DNA from: Eledone cirrhosa
Lineage: Eukaryota
Direction: 5' to 3'
Assembly (NCBI GenBank): GCA_964016885.1
Contig: OZ024740.1
Span: 243,226,001-243,290,000 of the forward strand
DNA length: 64,000 nt
Shown here: positions 36,305-49,849 of the stretch, piece after piece
Layout of the letters: each line of letters opens with the position of its first letter
Position numbering within the stretch: position 1 is the stretch's first letter
Made by a program: the position numbers and the translations under genes
Notes under the pieces: model-generated
Told to the model about the DNA's origin: nothing
Seen by the model: the letters and a program-made list of their open reading frames with translations, nothing else
Databases searched by the model: none

Positions 36305-38620
36305 TAATAATGGGCCTAACTATTTGCAACATAAATTGTAGAACATCAACCAGCCACCTGATCACTTACAAATCCGATGAACACACAAGCCAGATAGACT
36401 TAATACTCACCAAGATTCAAGACAAAGAGCTGGTTGTGAATACTAAGTCTGAAGAAGAATATACCACTCAACATAGATTAGTGAACAGTAATAAAAGCTC
36501 AATAGACTCAACAGAAAACAAACTGGAGAATTAAATTAGAAAAGTTGAAAGATCCCTCCAAGTTCAAAGAGGTCCTGGACAATGTCTATGGTAAGGATAA
36601 TGAGAAGATTAAAACCTATAACATAGATGACAACTGGGTGTTTCTAAGAAACAGCCTATTGAAAGCCACAAACTATACCTGTGGATAGAGGAAGTTTCCA
36701 AATAGATGGAAAGTAATACAGGGGTGGTATGATACAGTAGATGGAACCATAAAAACCAAAAGCAGACCTAGAGACAATGAAAAAAGGGTGGGGAGCAAGT
36801 AACAATATCAGGTAGCTAGATGACAAGAGAGACATCAGGTACATTTAGCAAGCAGACAGTAAAAGATTTGTCAATGATCTGCAACAAAAGCATCACACAG
36901 GTGAAATTTCCAGATTGTGAAACAATGATTTTGTTTAAATTAGGAAGTTGTTAGTGAAAGGTACCATATATACTCAAATATAAGTCGACCCCACTATTTT
37001 ATGTCTCAGAAATGGGTAAAAATCTAAACCATATTTATGTAGAATTTGAAGTTGGTGAAAATTGTCGAAATATTGACGCCAAATATAAACCAACCACCCC
37101 CTTCTACCATCGATTTTTTGGTTATATAATTCTTGGCTTATATTCAAGCATATATGGTGTGTTAGTAATGATAGTGGCAAACTTGCCTTCACTAATGCTA
37201 AAAGAAAGAGGTTTGTAAATGTTACTACATGAATCTCCTAAATAGAGGGAAATGTGTGAGGAAGTAAAGTACACACAAAAGAAGGATCAGAACTTAAGGT
37301 TATCTGCTATACAGACAAAAGGGCAATAGAAGGTATAAAGGTAGAGAAAGCAGCAGCACCACCAGAGACAGTTTCCAATGTTCTGAAAATACCTAGCAAA
37401 GTAGGATGCGCACTAATCAATCACATAGCCTTTCAGGCGCTCAGAAGAAATAATTTCCCCAATGACTGACATAGAAGTAGCATTGTTACTGTTCTAGAAA
37501 AAAGGCAAATACAGAGTCATAGAACTGATAGAACAAATTATGAAATTATCAAAGTGGTAGAAAATGTTATAGTATGGCTAATTGGGAAGAAAATTAGCTT
37601 AAATAACATGCAGTTTGAATTTGTGCCAAATTTAGGAACTACTGATACATTCTTCTTAGCAAGCTAATTATAAGAGGAGTTCTGAGCTCAGAGCAAACCA
37701 TTGTGCCCTAATTTCATAGACCTGGAAGAGCTTTTAACAGAGTAACATACTGTATAGTCTGTTGATTGCTAAGAAAACTATGTGTAGATGAATCTTTCAT
37801 GAGAGCCTTACAATCTATATACAGAGATGCTGTGAACAAGCTGACAGTAAGTGAGGAATTTAGTGTGAAAATTGGCTTTCATCAGAACTCAGTTCTCAGT
37901 TCCATCCTGTTTATAATACTTCTTCAGATCATGTGTGGAAGCAAATTTTAAAATCAAGAGGCCTTTACAAATTCAAAAGTCTTGGTTAGCAGGAAAGAAG
38001 ATAGAACTGTCACCTGGAAAGAGTCCATGCTCAATATGCAGGAAAGAAGTGCATAATAACTCTATACTATGTATTTAACATAAACTATAGGTGCACGAGA
38101 TATAGTAGGATCACAGGTAAGTTGAGAGATAAGGACTTCATATGTAGCAGATGCACCAATGAAAGGAATTCTGTCAAATATCCAGAAGAGTCACTAGAAG
38201 TAGTCGACAGCTGTTGCTGCCTAGGTGACTTAATCAGCAGTGAAGGTCGATATTGCAAAAACCAGAGTACGAATGAAATGAAAAAAAATTAGAAAGTTAT
38301 TACTTCTGTTGGAAAAAAAGGGATTTCCTTTACTTGTGAAGGGACAATTGCATGATGTTTGTGTATGGAATGAAAAATTACATGGTCACAAAACATGAGT
38401 ATTAAATGCATAAGGGGTGCAAAGACTGGATAGAAATAAAGCAAGCATGTTCTAAAGGATGTGTAAAGTTAATGTGCATGAGCAACAGAGAAGAAATAAG
38501 CAGGAGGAAAAATAGAAAAGGCATCAGGTACAGATATGTGATGTATATGGAAAATGACAATTGGGTGAAGAAATGTTAAGCAATCCAAGTGAAAAGATTC
38601 CATGGAAAAGGAAGACCAAT
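36305..38620 (+). mobile_element. Old, decayed RTE LINE
   Basis: Remnants HLITYKS..H.SQIDLIL, LRKL.VDE and FHQNSVLS.ILF are colinear with family A. Confidence 0.8.
36964..37157. mobile_element. Tigger-like MITE inserted in the old RTE
   Basis: TIR ccatatatactcaaatataagtc / ggcttatattcaagcatatatgg; TA on the left. Confidence 0.7.
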
Positions 38621-38661
38621 TGATTACAATTGATAAAATAATAATTGAAATAAAGACTTAC

Positions 38662-38723
38662 ATTAAAATCATTCTGGAAGCTGGAAGCAATTTTCTCAAA
38701 GACTGCAATATCTGCTTTAGCAT
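38662..38723 (-). CDS. Exon 5 of the PDI-like gene: (D)AKADIAVFEKIASSFQNDFN
   Basis: Acceptor ggtttcag, donor AAT|gtaagt; 62 nt, phase 1 to 0. FEKIA..F.ND matches the long helix of PDI domains. Confidence 0.85.
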
Positions 38724-38905
38724 CTGAAACCAATTAATGAATCAGAAATTTAATTACATCATAATATTTCTACACATTTCTAATTTCAGAAGACAATATA
38801 CAAACCACCTTAACACCAACTGGTCATTTAGCATACAGTTTGCAAACATTGTCAGCCTTGGTCAAGCAGACCAATGAGCAAAAGCATCATAGTCATAACC
38901 ACCTA

Positions 38906-39247
38906 TCATCATCATCATCATCATCATTTTACGTCCGCTTTTCCCTGCTTGCAAGGGTGGGACGGGAACTGATTCTGGCTTGATTTCTACAGCTGGATGC
39001 CCTTCCTAACACCAACCTCATTTACAGTGAGTGCTGGGTGCTTTTTTTTGCCGTGGCACCTCCACGACCACTTTGCAGTGGAATGATAGGGACCCCAGTC
39101 CCTATCATCTCATTTCTACAGCTGAGTAAACTGGAACAATGTGAAATAAAGTTGCTCAAGGAAACAACACATCACCCGGTCTGAGAATTGAACTCACAAC
39201 CTTTTGATTGCAAGGCCAATGCTCTAACCACTGAGCCATATGCCTCC
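38906..39247 (-). mobile_element. Full-length tRNA/CORE-like SINE with RTE tail
   Basis: Head gaggcatatggctcagtggttagagcattggccttgcaatc..gttcaattc; tail (gat)n; flanks share cctatcat. Confidence 0.85.
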
Positions 39248-39644
39248 TATCATTTTTAAAATGTCTAAAACTATATTAAGTGCATTTTTCCTTATTTAAG
39301 GCAGTAGGGTATGATATGAGGAAACTCTGGCATCTATTTTTAGTAGATCAAATGCCTATGTAGAGGCTCTATTATTAACACAACAGTAACAATTGAATCA
39401 TTATGGTAACTCTTTTCAATTGTTCTTCCCTTTACTTGTGAACTCACAAGACAAATAAGTTTATATAGTAGCTAAGAAAGAAAATACTTTAAGCAAATTA
39501 AAAAATATATATCTTAACCATTTTATTACCTTATTTGTAACGAAAGACACTGCCTATGATTTTTTAATAATTTTGAAAATAATCAAGAAGTTGAAGGGAT
39601 TTAGTAAAATAATTAACTTTCTTATTATTAGGCTAGTACCTGCA

Positions 39645-39905
39645 GCAAATGGACAGATTTTTACGGGCAAATCCAACTGGTAGGAGACTCGGGGGGTAGA
39701 CCCCCAAGCAAGATGGTTGGATAATATCCATGAGCTTGGCTGGTCACGCTTGGGGATTCAGCCGGAACAGTTCAAGGTGGTTGCTTCTGACAGGACCCTC
39801 TAGAGGGAATGTCTGAGGACTCTGCCCCCATGACCCTCTCAGGTGGTGGTGGTGGTGGCGGTGGCGGTGGCGGTGGTGGCGGTGGTGGTGGTGGTGGTGG
39901 TAGTG

Positions 39906-39948
<43 letters not shown>

Positions 39949-39950
39949 CA
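39645..39950 (+). mobile_element. RTE-type 3' end followed by (GGT)n(AGT)n
   Basis: ANPTGRR..GRPP..W.DNI; same family as 55790-56360. Confidence 0.65.
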
Positions 39951-40840
39951 GCATAACTTAAAGGTTCTTACATAAAATTAAGATGAACATCATCTTTTAG
40001 ATAATATAAACACTATAAAATAAACAGTTTGCTATTTTAGAACCAGGAGCAAAAGAGTAAAATGTTGGGCAATTTGTTCCCTTTAACACTTCATTCTTCA
40101 TCAATTCTTATTCTGGCCATGCAAACTGACCAAGATATAAATACAGTTCAAACAGTAAATAAATTGTCGAAGTATGATGGTACTGAATAGAGTTGGGTGA
40201 GCAGAGAAAAGAATTTAGTAAAAAAAATAAAGGAGATATGATTGAAATCTGCTTTAAAGAGGTTAAAGTAAAAACAATATTATAAAACATTAGGACAAAT
40301 AAAAAGCACATTATAAGTGTACTCTAATCAAAATAATAAGGATCATGATTATGGAATAATTTGGGTATACAACTTCTGTTCTATCATCCAGTCTAACAAT
40401 GGTTGTTATTTAGCCCCAGGTCAGCTGTGATCAAAGCTATTCCAGCTGTGACCACCCAGTTTACTTTTTATTCAGACAATCTATTTAAGATTACATTATC
40501 CAATGTGTCCTATTTTAAGATGATAAGATGTGCTTTGAAGGAGATTTGGTAGCTACTTCTAGCAAGTAGATTGGCTACTTAGAGGCTCCTTTGCTAGTCA
40601 TCTGAGAATAGTGTCAGAGTATTTGATTTTAAAATTATTTGAGGTTTAGGACAATTAGGTCAGTAAAAATAGGAATATACTTATATAAATATAAGTATAT
40701 TTTTATGAACTAAACTGAGACCTAAAATTTAACACAGAATATTTTATATTTCAGATCAGTAACTTGCATTTGAAAGAAATATTTATCAGTTAAGTATGAT
40801 CCAAATTAAATGTGACTGTGGTCTTTTCTTAGTAACCTGT

Positions 40841-41040
40841 ATCATCATCATCATCATCGTTTAACGTCCATATTCCACGCTTGCATGGGTATGGACGGGA
40901 GTTTTCCCACTTGAGGCAAGAGTGGTTGGCTTGCTCGCATAGGACTGTCTGGCGGGTTTTCTACTGCTGGATGCCCTTCCTAACACCAACCACATTTACA
41001 GTGTGGGTCTGGGAGGTTTTTACCGTGTTACCTACACTGT
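40841..41040 (-). mobile_element. RTE 3' tail fragment
   Basis: Reverse of 11540-11750. Confidence 0.8.
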
Positions 41041-41049
41041 ATATTGTTG

Positions 41050-41689
41050 AAAATGTAATTCTTCTCAAAAAAATCCAAGTAATGAAACAGTCCTTTTAAA
41101 TTCTCTCTCCACCCCCCCAGTTTCAAGATGCTCGAGGATGTCCTCACACACCTACATGCACCACTCTTTCTGGTCATCATTCAGCAACTCCGATACTATT
41201 TTTATGCAGATCTTCCACATACCCAAATCTTCGGTGATAATCTTCCAAATGCTGTCACAGTTCATGCCCAGTTCACTAGCAATCAGTCAAACCACCTGCC
41301 TCACACGATCAACATTGGCCTCAGTCCTGCTCATTAAAGGCCTTCCACTCCTGGAGTCATCTTCCACAACCTCACATCCATCTTTGAACCTTTTGTGCCA
41401 CTCAAAAACCCATGAGTGTGACATCGTCTCATTTCCATACACTTGCTGCAGTATTCCGAGTGCTTCTGATTGAGTTTTCCCCAGCCAGACCAGAAACTTT
41501 GGCTTGGTTCATTGCTCTGTGCCCATTGCTCGACAGCCTAAAATTGAGGAGCTGTTAACAAAAGCACATGGAAAAACATACAATGACTTCAGAGAGCTGA
41601 GATCGCAGTTATATACTCCCCAGATATTATGTGACACAACTCGCTAATTCCTACCCCACTCAAGTCCTGTTACTTTCTGACACACCTCA
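41050..41689 (-). mobile_element. Mariner 5' portion (TIR and HTH region), decayed
   Basis: Minus strand TA+TGAGGTGTGTCAGAAAGTAAC; translation remnants SIWKIITEDLGMWKIC and LLNDDQKE. Confidence 0.7.
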
Positions 41690-42018
41690 TATGATAAATG
41701 GCAGAAACTAATTTTATTAGACCCCCATCAAAAAGAGAAAACTAAAATATTTTGGACATTTAGAAGAAAATAATTAACAAAGGCTATGCTAGGATGGTGC
41801 CCCTAAGACTCCGTCATGAATCAAAGGCCCTCCTCCTCTATATATACAGCATTATAAAGGCTGATATCAATATAAAGTATTCAACCTGCTGAATGCAGAA
41901 GATTCCTAATGATGACAATGATACTAAACATTAAAATGTTTCTCTCCAAAGAATGTTTAAAACATCAGTTCCCATTTCTCTTGGCAAGACATTTATCATA
42001 ATCATTATTACAATCTGA

Positions 42019-42331
42019 GGGCGGTGGATTGGCAGTATCGGTAGAGGGTCGGACGCCATGCTTTCCAGCATAGTTACGTCCCTTTACGATCTGAGTTCAA
42101 ATCCCGCCGAGGTTGACTTTGCCTTTCATCCTTACGGGGTCGATAAAATAAAGTACCAGTAATGTACTGGTTAATTGCTGGCCTTGTGCCTAAAGTAGAA
42201 ACAATTATTACAATCTGAGTTCAAATCCCGCCGAGGTTGACTTTGCCTTTCATCCTTACAGGATCGATAAAATAAAGTACCAGTAATGCACTGGATAATT
42301 GCTGGCCTTGTGCCTAAAGTAGAAACAATTA
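42019..42331 (+). mobile_element. Full Meta-like SINE immediately followed by a 5'-truncated second copy
   Basis: TSD attattacaatctgag; the second copy resumes at ttcaaatcccgcc. Confidence 0.88.
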
Positions 42332-42579
42332 TTTAATGTCCACTTTCTTTTCTAACAAGGATTGGATAGATTTTCACAGTCTGAGTCAATACTGAAGTAA
42401 GTCTACTGACCTCCCAAACAGGTTGGATGGTTTGAATCTTACATGCAATCCCACGCTCTACCAAGTGCATTTTATGGCACCAGCACTAGGAAGGTTCTCA
42501 TGTCTTTGACACAACTGAAGGGGGTCTCCCAATTTTCTTAATCTGATGATAAAAAATTTAAATTTAAAAATTTATTTAC

Positions 42580-42752
42580 CTTTGTTTTTATAAAGCAATA
42601 CCAAAGTATAAACATTTGGTAAGCTAACTATTTTGTCATAATTCTCTTCAACAAGTTCAGCTGCATATTCCCGTTTCACACGAGAAAAGTCTCCTTTCAT
42701 AGCTTTTGCAATAGTTGTGATGATACCTTCCACAGTATGGTCATGATCAGAG
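42580..42752 (-). CDS. Exon 4 of the PDI-like gene: (I)SDHDHTVEGIITTIAKAMKGDFSRVKREYAAELVEENYDKIVSLPNVYTLVLLYKNK
   Basis: Acceptor ttttctctttccag, donor AAG|gtaaat; 173 nt, phase 2 to 1. AELVEENYDKIV begins a second thioredoxin domain. Confidence 0.9.
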
Positions 42753-45700
42753 CTGGAAAGAGAAAAAGCAGTAAGGAAAGATAACAATTTATACGGAAGA
42801 AGTACAGTCAATTGAATTAGCTCCAGGACTTGGCAGGTATTTATTTTATCAATTGTGTAAAAAAAAAAAAAAATTAAGGATAAAGTCGACCGGGTGGAAT
42901 TTGAACTCAACTGTAAAGGAGTAGAACTAAATACTGTATGCCATCTAATCAGTCAAGCTACTACTATTTCACCCAATCTACAGCTTTAGTACTTATTTGA
43001 GAAGTGACTTCATTTGAGACTGTTGAAACTGAAGCAATTACTTTGTAGAAGAGCTATTTTAGCCATCTTTAAAAAAATAACTTTGACATTTCATGAAATA
43101 AATGAAAAGTGAGTAACTTTTGTGTGTTTTTATATGGCTAACCTAGCTCTTCTATGATATAATTGAAGTAAAGGGAAGATGAAATTCATAAGAATATAGC
43201 ATTAGTCAATTTTGGACAGAGTGACCACCATTTAAAAGGAGAATGGTAAGAAAAATGAATAGAAAGCATTGGTGCCATGATAAAATGCATATGATAGAGT
43301 ATAAGATAGTATGTCTGGCCCCTAGCCCACCTGGAGATCAGATACTCTGCTTGAATACTGGCCACTCTGTGCTATGTTCAACCCTTGCAAATAGGGAAAA
43401 CAGACGTTAAACAATGACAATGATGATGAAGAGGAGGAGGGTGCAGGGATGGTGAAGTCAATAGGGTAGCAAACAAACAATGAAGAGGTCATCAGTTTGT
43501 ATCCTATCACTGACAAAGCATTATGTCAGTGTTAAAGATACTTGACCCTCATGGCGCCGTGGTGAGAGAGTTGGATTCACAATTGTGAGGTTGTGGGTTC
43601 AATTCCCAGATCAGGTGGTGTATTATGGTCCTTGAGCAAGACACTTTATTTTATGTTGCTCCTTCCATCAGGAGTTGCAACTGGTAGGTAGTATCGGCAA
43701 TAGAAAAGACCAACAGAAACATTCTTTCCTTCATCTGATCTGACGAGTTCCACCTCACTCAGTAAGCAAATGAGGTTTGGGAATTTGTCGATTTAAAAAA
43801 ACAACACAATAATCTATTATATAGACACCACAAAGTAGTAACAATTCCTCATAATTTAAGCAGCTGTAACACCATAAAATTGACAAGTGTTATGTAAGCT
43901 TGCAATGGTGAATACAAGAGCTGTAATTCAGCTTGGATTGGGATGGTCTATGCTAACTAACTTTTATTACAAACACCACATAAAAAAATATTTGATGGTG
44001 CTCCTACAACTCAAGTGTAGTGATAGTTTAGTTACATTTAACAGTGATGTAGTTACATTTAACAGAATAGTGTAGCCATTGCAGTGATGCTAAACATGAC
44101 AGTGCAGCATTAGTTACAATGATATTTTTAGAAAGTAGTATAGCAGAATTTTCTATATATAGCAACATAATGCAGCAGACATTGTTTAGAATTGTGGTTC
44201 TGAATGTTCTTGTCTAGTATTTGAGAGCACAGCACAGTCAATTTGTTTAGCAATCATTCTCTTCCTAATTTAATATCATTGTCCATTAAACAAAGATTTG
44301 GCAGCAACAGCACCCAAAGTTGTGGATTAGTTACTTCTATTTACTAAGATAGCAATAACAGCTGTTGTGATATTTAGACACATAATGAATAGCAGTAATT
44401 TTGATATTATTAGTGTTTAGTCCCAGGTCAACCCTGGTCAAGATATCTACAGTCAATGGTTTTCCAGCAGTGACCATCCTATCCTATTTTCAGATGTAGT
44501 ATACCTGGGTCTACATTATCCTACATGTCATTCTTTTACTAAAATAGTAGGGTTGGCTGTCTCATTAGCTCATATTTTATATGTTGTTGTTGCAGTTTAG
44601 CTCCAGGTCAGCCCCTATCAAGAAATCAGGATGAAAGGAATCTCAACCATGATCATATTATTTTTCTTTTTCAGAAAAAGAATGCCATGAAAAACATTAT
44701 CCAATGTATCTAACTTTTAGGATGGTAGGGTGTGATTTGAAGGCAATTTGGTTGCTACTTCTGTTAGGTCAATCAGCCATTTAGAGCCTTATTTGTTGGC
44801 AGATTCTGCGACATTTTGCAATGGTGAAGCAAACATTTTACAATCATTTTAGCAATAGAGCAAAATTCTTCTATATTTAGCAAAGTCATGCTGCAGTGAT
44901 ACCTTCATAATTTATTACTGTCGTTCTCGGATATCTGACAGACAAATGAAGATCATGTTTTATTAAATGTTTCTTAGATCAGTAAAGCAATTACATCTAG
45001 CATAATGTGACAGCTACCAAAGATATTGTAATGAGTTTTGTAATAAATAGCCTGGTAGTTATGGTCGTACCAGTCCAGGAGGTGGATTACTAGAATCATT
45101 AGAGTATCAGGCAAAATACTCTGCAGTATTTCTTCCAATTCTTTACATTCAGAGTTCTTGAGTAATAGACTTAACCCATCATCCTGTTTCTTGGTGCCTT
45201 TAGTGAAGTTTACCCTGTTGCAAGTATTTGAGCTAGGTCTCCAGTTTGTGGAGGATAACATACTCAGAATTGACAAAATAAAGTACCAGTCAAGTACTGG
45301 AGTTTATTTAGTGATGTTGCCTTCTCCCCAAATTGCTGGCCTTGTGCTTAAATTAGAAATCATTATTTCTATTTGAGTGGATCAGGCATGGCTGAATGTT
45401 AAAGAAGTTTTGTTGGGTAAATTATGAGGCCCTGGTTTCAATCCTACTGCATGGCATCTTGGTTGAGTGTCTTTACTAAACTTTCAGGTCCACCCAAGCC
45501 ATGTGAGTGAATTTTGTTAGACAGAAATTGTGTGGAAGCCTGTCAGATAAATTGTATCTAATTTATAAGTCCAGCCTTATCACACATTGACTTAGTTTGT
45601 GAATTACATGAAGTGTACACATATCCATGAAATACTCTGCCTTACACATTAACTTAGACATTCTATTAATCAAACAACTGAATGCTCATCATCAGAATCG

Positions 45701-47098
45701 ATGGAGGAAGGATTCATTATTTCTATTTAGATGTTTCTAGGTCTGTCAGTAACATTTACTGGGAGTGAGTGTTAGTAATATCAATAACAAAAGATAAACC
45801 ATTAAGTCCTTTGATTCCTATACTGACACCCAATCAACTCAACAAAGATGCAAGTTTTCACAACTATGTGTGTAATAAAAATAGGTAATTATAGATCAGA
45901 GTAAAAACAACTTCAGTATTTAAAAAAAATAGAAATCTACTAATATGAAGTAGTATAAAAAAAAGATAAAACTTTCTCATCAATACTTGATATAGTTGTT
46001 TTGGTCTGTCTAAAAATAACTGTAATTACCCAACAAAATTTCCAAAGTTATCCTGCAGAAAAAAATCTGAAAATAGCTTCTAAAAACTGTTTATCTACTA
46101 ATACCAATGCAAGCCAATAAAGAATCCTCTATGCAGTTACTCGACCTATTAGAAATAACAGCCAAATAGCCCTCAAATACCACCCTACCATCTTAAAAAA
46201 GTGAATAGCACATTGTATAATGCAGCCTTAGATACACTGTCTCCAAATAAATAACAGGATGGTCATAGCTGGAATGCCTTTGATAATAGATCATCCACTG
46301 CTGAGAATAGATAATAAAAAAGCTTTTGAAATATTACTGGTATTAATTACTGTACAAAAATATGAAATGCACAAACAGTAAAATTATCATAAACATAAAT
46401 TATTAGAACGACTTTCTGAGCTTACTTTGTCTCTCTTCCATTAACCATATCTTACTCTTAACTTACAACAGTTCCAAATTTATATAAATCATTGATCATC
46501 AGCATGCATCTTAATTTGGTAAAACTGAACATTCAACATTCTGAGGTATGCAGTAACTAGTTTAAAAAGCTAATATAATGGTTTTGACTATCTTTTTCAT
46601 CTGTACTAATCTTTTAATCTTTTCTTTTCTTTATTTCAGGAGTTGATATAACAATCACATCTCATCTAACAATTCTGCAGCCTACCACCTGGATTTCTAA
46701 TTTATATTAACTACAAATACAAAAAGCCAGGGTTATTACGACGAGAAGTTTTACCCGATGTTTCAACAATTCTGCTAATTTGCTGCCTAAATATCTAATG
46801 AGTTCCTTAACCCATTTGGTCATAAGTGTACCACTAAAGACTTTATTTATGTGAGCAGATCATTTAAAAAGTCAGTCTGCTGGAGTCCATTCATCTTCAA
46901 GCTATCTCAGCACAGTGAGCTAATGAAACACATGTCAAGTTGAGAGAGCTGCCACTACTCCAAGCGGGAAGTTGTTTTTACTGCAAGGTAATCTATTTTC
47001 AGTTAGAAATAGACTTTGAGGCCCATTTGAGACTTATGAGTCTTAGGCATTGATACAACACAGGGTAGATTACAATATATGTAATTTTGCCCTCTTAA

Positions 47099-47307
47099 CC
47101 CTTTAACATTCAAATTACTCTATATATACTATCATGTTTTCATGGTAAAGGCTTTATCTCACATAATTATCTTACATAATATCAAATCTATGAGATTTTG
47201 ATATTATTTATTTTAAGAACCATACCTTCATGTCAGTATGAGCACCTGGTTTAAAGAGAAAGAGGTGAGAGAACTCTGGCTGGACAGTGGGTTTAAATAG
47301 TAAAGGG
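47099..47307. mobile_element. piggyBac-type MITE, second copy
   Basis: TTAA TSD; cccttta/taaaggg ends; body matches 27460-27680. Confidence 0.82.
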
Positions 47308-47624
47308 TTAAATGGTTGCTTGGTACTCTATTCACTCAGACATCTACAATTTCGTAAATATAGTACTTACTTTGAAATTTTACAAGTGGAAGTTAATTTT
47401 AAAAAAAGAGTAATGCATTTTGATAGCAATAGTAAAATAAAGAATTCAAAATAATGGAAAGAGGAAATTATGCCATAAATATACTTAATGTAAAAGGTAG
47501 GTGTTATAAAAATCAATAAAAATAGTTTCATTATATTTCCAAGATTAATATTTATACTCTGCTGTTGATTCCAATGTATTCAAAATAGCAGCCATAGTCA
47601 AATTCTATAATGTGGTTAGTATAA

Positions 47625-47910
47625 TCTATATTACTAAAACAGAGAATGTCTGTTTGTCTGTCTGTCTGTCCAATCACTAAAACTTGAGAACCACCCAACC
47701 AAGTTTTTTCAAACTTTACACATGTAATACTTATGGTCCCGTGGGTGGTTTGAGCAAAATAATTTCAAATTTTCAATGCCCTAGGGACCGCATTAGACGA
47801 TTTAGCGATCTCTGTCTATAATTCTTAGTCTTTCTCTTTTTAGATAGATACATAGATATTACGTTGCGCCTTTATAATATCTGTCTGTATGCCTGACTGT
47901 CTGCATTACA
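47625..47910 (+). mobile_element. Helitron 5' portion
   Basis: A|TCTATATTACTAAAAC, (ctgt)n; the body is the reverse of 33385-33650. Confidence 0.72.
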
Positions 47911-47929
47911 GTTCGAGACCAGATGGATC

Positions 47930-49505
47930 AAAGCAACCAATCTTGCTTGTTACACTAAATATTTGGTATAGTTTCTTTGACTGGATGCCCTACCTAATGC
48001 CAACCACACTACAGCATGTACTGGTTTTTATTTTCTCATAGTATCACCACTATCCTCAGACAGGTTGGACTGAATGCTTTTTTTCGTGGTACCAGAACTA
48101 CCACTTTACAGTGGGGGTTAGGTGCATTTTATCATGGCACTAGCACTACCACTTTGCAGATTGAGTTAGCTGCCTTTATTGTGACACCAGCATTCCATCT
48201 TCCAGTATGGGTTAAGCTCCGAGTGCATTTTTTATTGTGGTACTAGTACTTCCATATTTCGACACTAGCTTGCTTGTATCCTTCGCTGAGCTGAGAGGAC
48301 AATGATAGGGAGTGGGACATGAGCAGAGTTTGTCTGCCTGTTTCTAGCAGGAGGGTGGAGTGGCCTTAGGGTAAGTGAGTTATGTCTGGTAGAATTGTGG
48401 GGTGGGGATTAGCACAGCTTTCCATGCTGGCATTTTTGGATATGGAGGTGGGGAATTCAGGGATAAGTTTAGCAGTGCAAGTTGTGAAGGAGTCTTGGCC
48501 CATAGGGTGATCTTAGAGCAAGGGAGAGAAAAAGTGAGCCAGCAGTGTCTGGCAGTACAGTAAAGGTGTAAGAGTCAGGAGAGGTGAATAGGAGGAGAAG
48601 CTAGGTGGATATGGAAAGAACTATGATGGGCAAGATCAAGGGTGAGGAAGGAAGACTATGTGAGGGGGAATTACTAGTGAAGAGGAGGGAGTGATGGAAG
48701 GGGTAGCCTAAGTGTTGTTACATCATTCTGCCTTTCATCTCACCTGTGCAGAGATGCAAGTCTTCTGTAGTATGGCATATCACTTGCCATCTTGAACCTG
48801 TGACATCTCTGCAAGGTACAAATTTTTAAGGTCAGCCATTACCACTTCATCTTATGTTCTCCTAGGTTTTCCTCTTTCACGGGTACCCCCAACTTTGAGT
48901 GCCCTGCACTTTTTTTTTATACAACTCACATCACTCATACATATCACATGGCCATATTTGCACACCCTTCTCTCTTGTACACTGCCCAGTTTTTCTCTCA
49001 GCTCATTAATGCTTTGTCATTCTTGCACACTAATATTACACTTCCATCAGAGCATTAATCATTAAAGATTCTCTGCATTCGATGCCAGAATCTCAATTCC
49101 AAGCAGCATAATGGTTTGTACACAGGCATCGTGCAATCTGCCTTTCTCTCTGAGTGAATACCCTTTTGTAGCCAGCAGAGGTAGTAGCTCCCTAAGCTTT
49201 CCAACCTGTTTTCACCCTGGCTACTATACTTTCTGAACACCCACCTCTACTACTAATGTAGTCACTCAGGTAGCAAAACCTGTCAATTATTTCTAAGAAG
49301 CCATCTGGCCATTTGATAGAGCCTCTTTCATGTGTGCTCTTGCAGCCTACTGCTCCTGTGTCTCTACTATAGTTGAAGGCTACATTCTTCATTAGCCTGC
49401 CAGTAATCCCAATACATCTCTTGGGAATCTATATTTTACATTTAGTACATACTATGGAATTTCTACCAACCCTTTTTCTACAGACAGAACACGGACAATT
49501 TTCTG
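47930..49505 (-). mobile_element. Decayed RTE LINE 3' part
   Basis: FCYLSDYISSRGGCSESIVARVKTGWK, plus tail motifs. Confidence 0.78.
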
Positions 49506-49562
49506 AAAAGAGGATGATATGAAATAGAAGACAATTAGGATAAAAAAAAATATAACTCTTAC

Positions 49563-49737
49563 ATAGTTGGTGATGCACTCCCTGGTTCATAGTAGACTAT
49601 AGATGGAAACTGGGTTATCCCCAAACCTTTGATAAGTTCTGGATCAGTAACATGGCCAAAATAGATTTGTGGGTCAGATTTAAATGGTTGAGATGCTGCC
49701 AGAAATTTTGGATATTCAATGTCACACTGCAAACAAT
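49563..49737 (-). CDS. Exon 3 of the PDI-like gene: (D)CLQCDIEYPKFLAASQPFKSDPQIYFGHVTDPELIKGLGITQFPSIVYYEPGSASPT
   Basis: Acceptor tttatttgtag, donor TAT|gtaaga; 175 nt, phase 1 to 2. Contains CxxC and the cis-Pro loop GITQFPSI of the thioredoxin fold. Confidence 0.9.
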
Positions 49738-49849
49738 CTACAAATAAAGTAAAACAAAATATCAAATGCTATATGAAAAATTTAATTAATAAAAGTAACA
49801 GATATTCATATATTGTATATATTTATTGACATTATTCTTATGGGAAAAA

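Noticed and set aside
39772-39954. ORF with poly-Leu/poly-Pro resembling a signal peptide
   Set aside because: It is the reverse translation of the (AGT)n(GGT)n tail of a LINE fragment.
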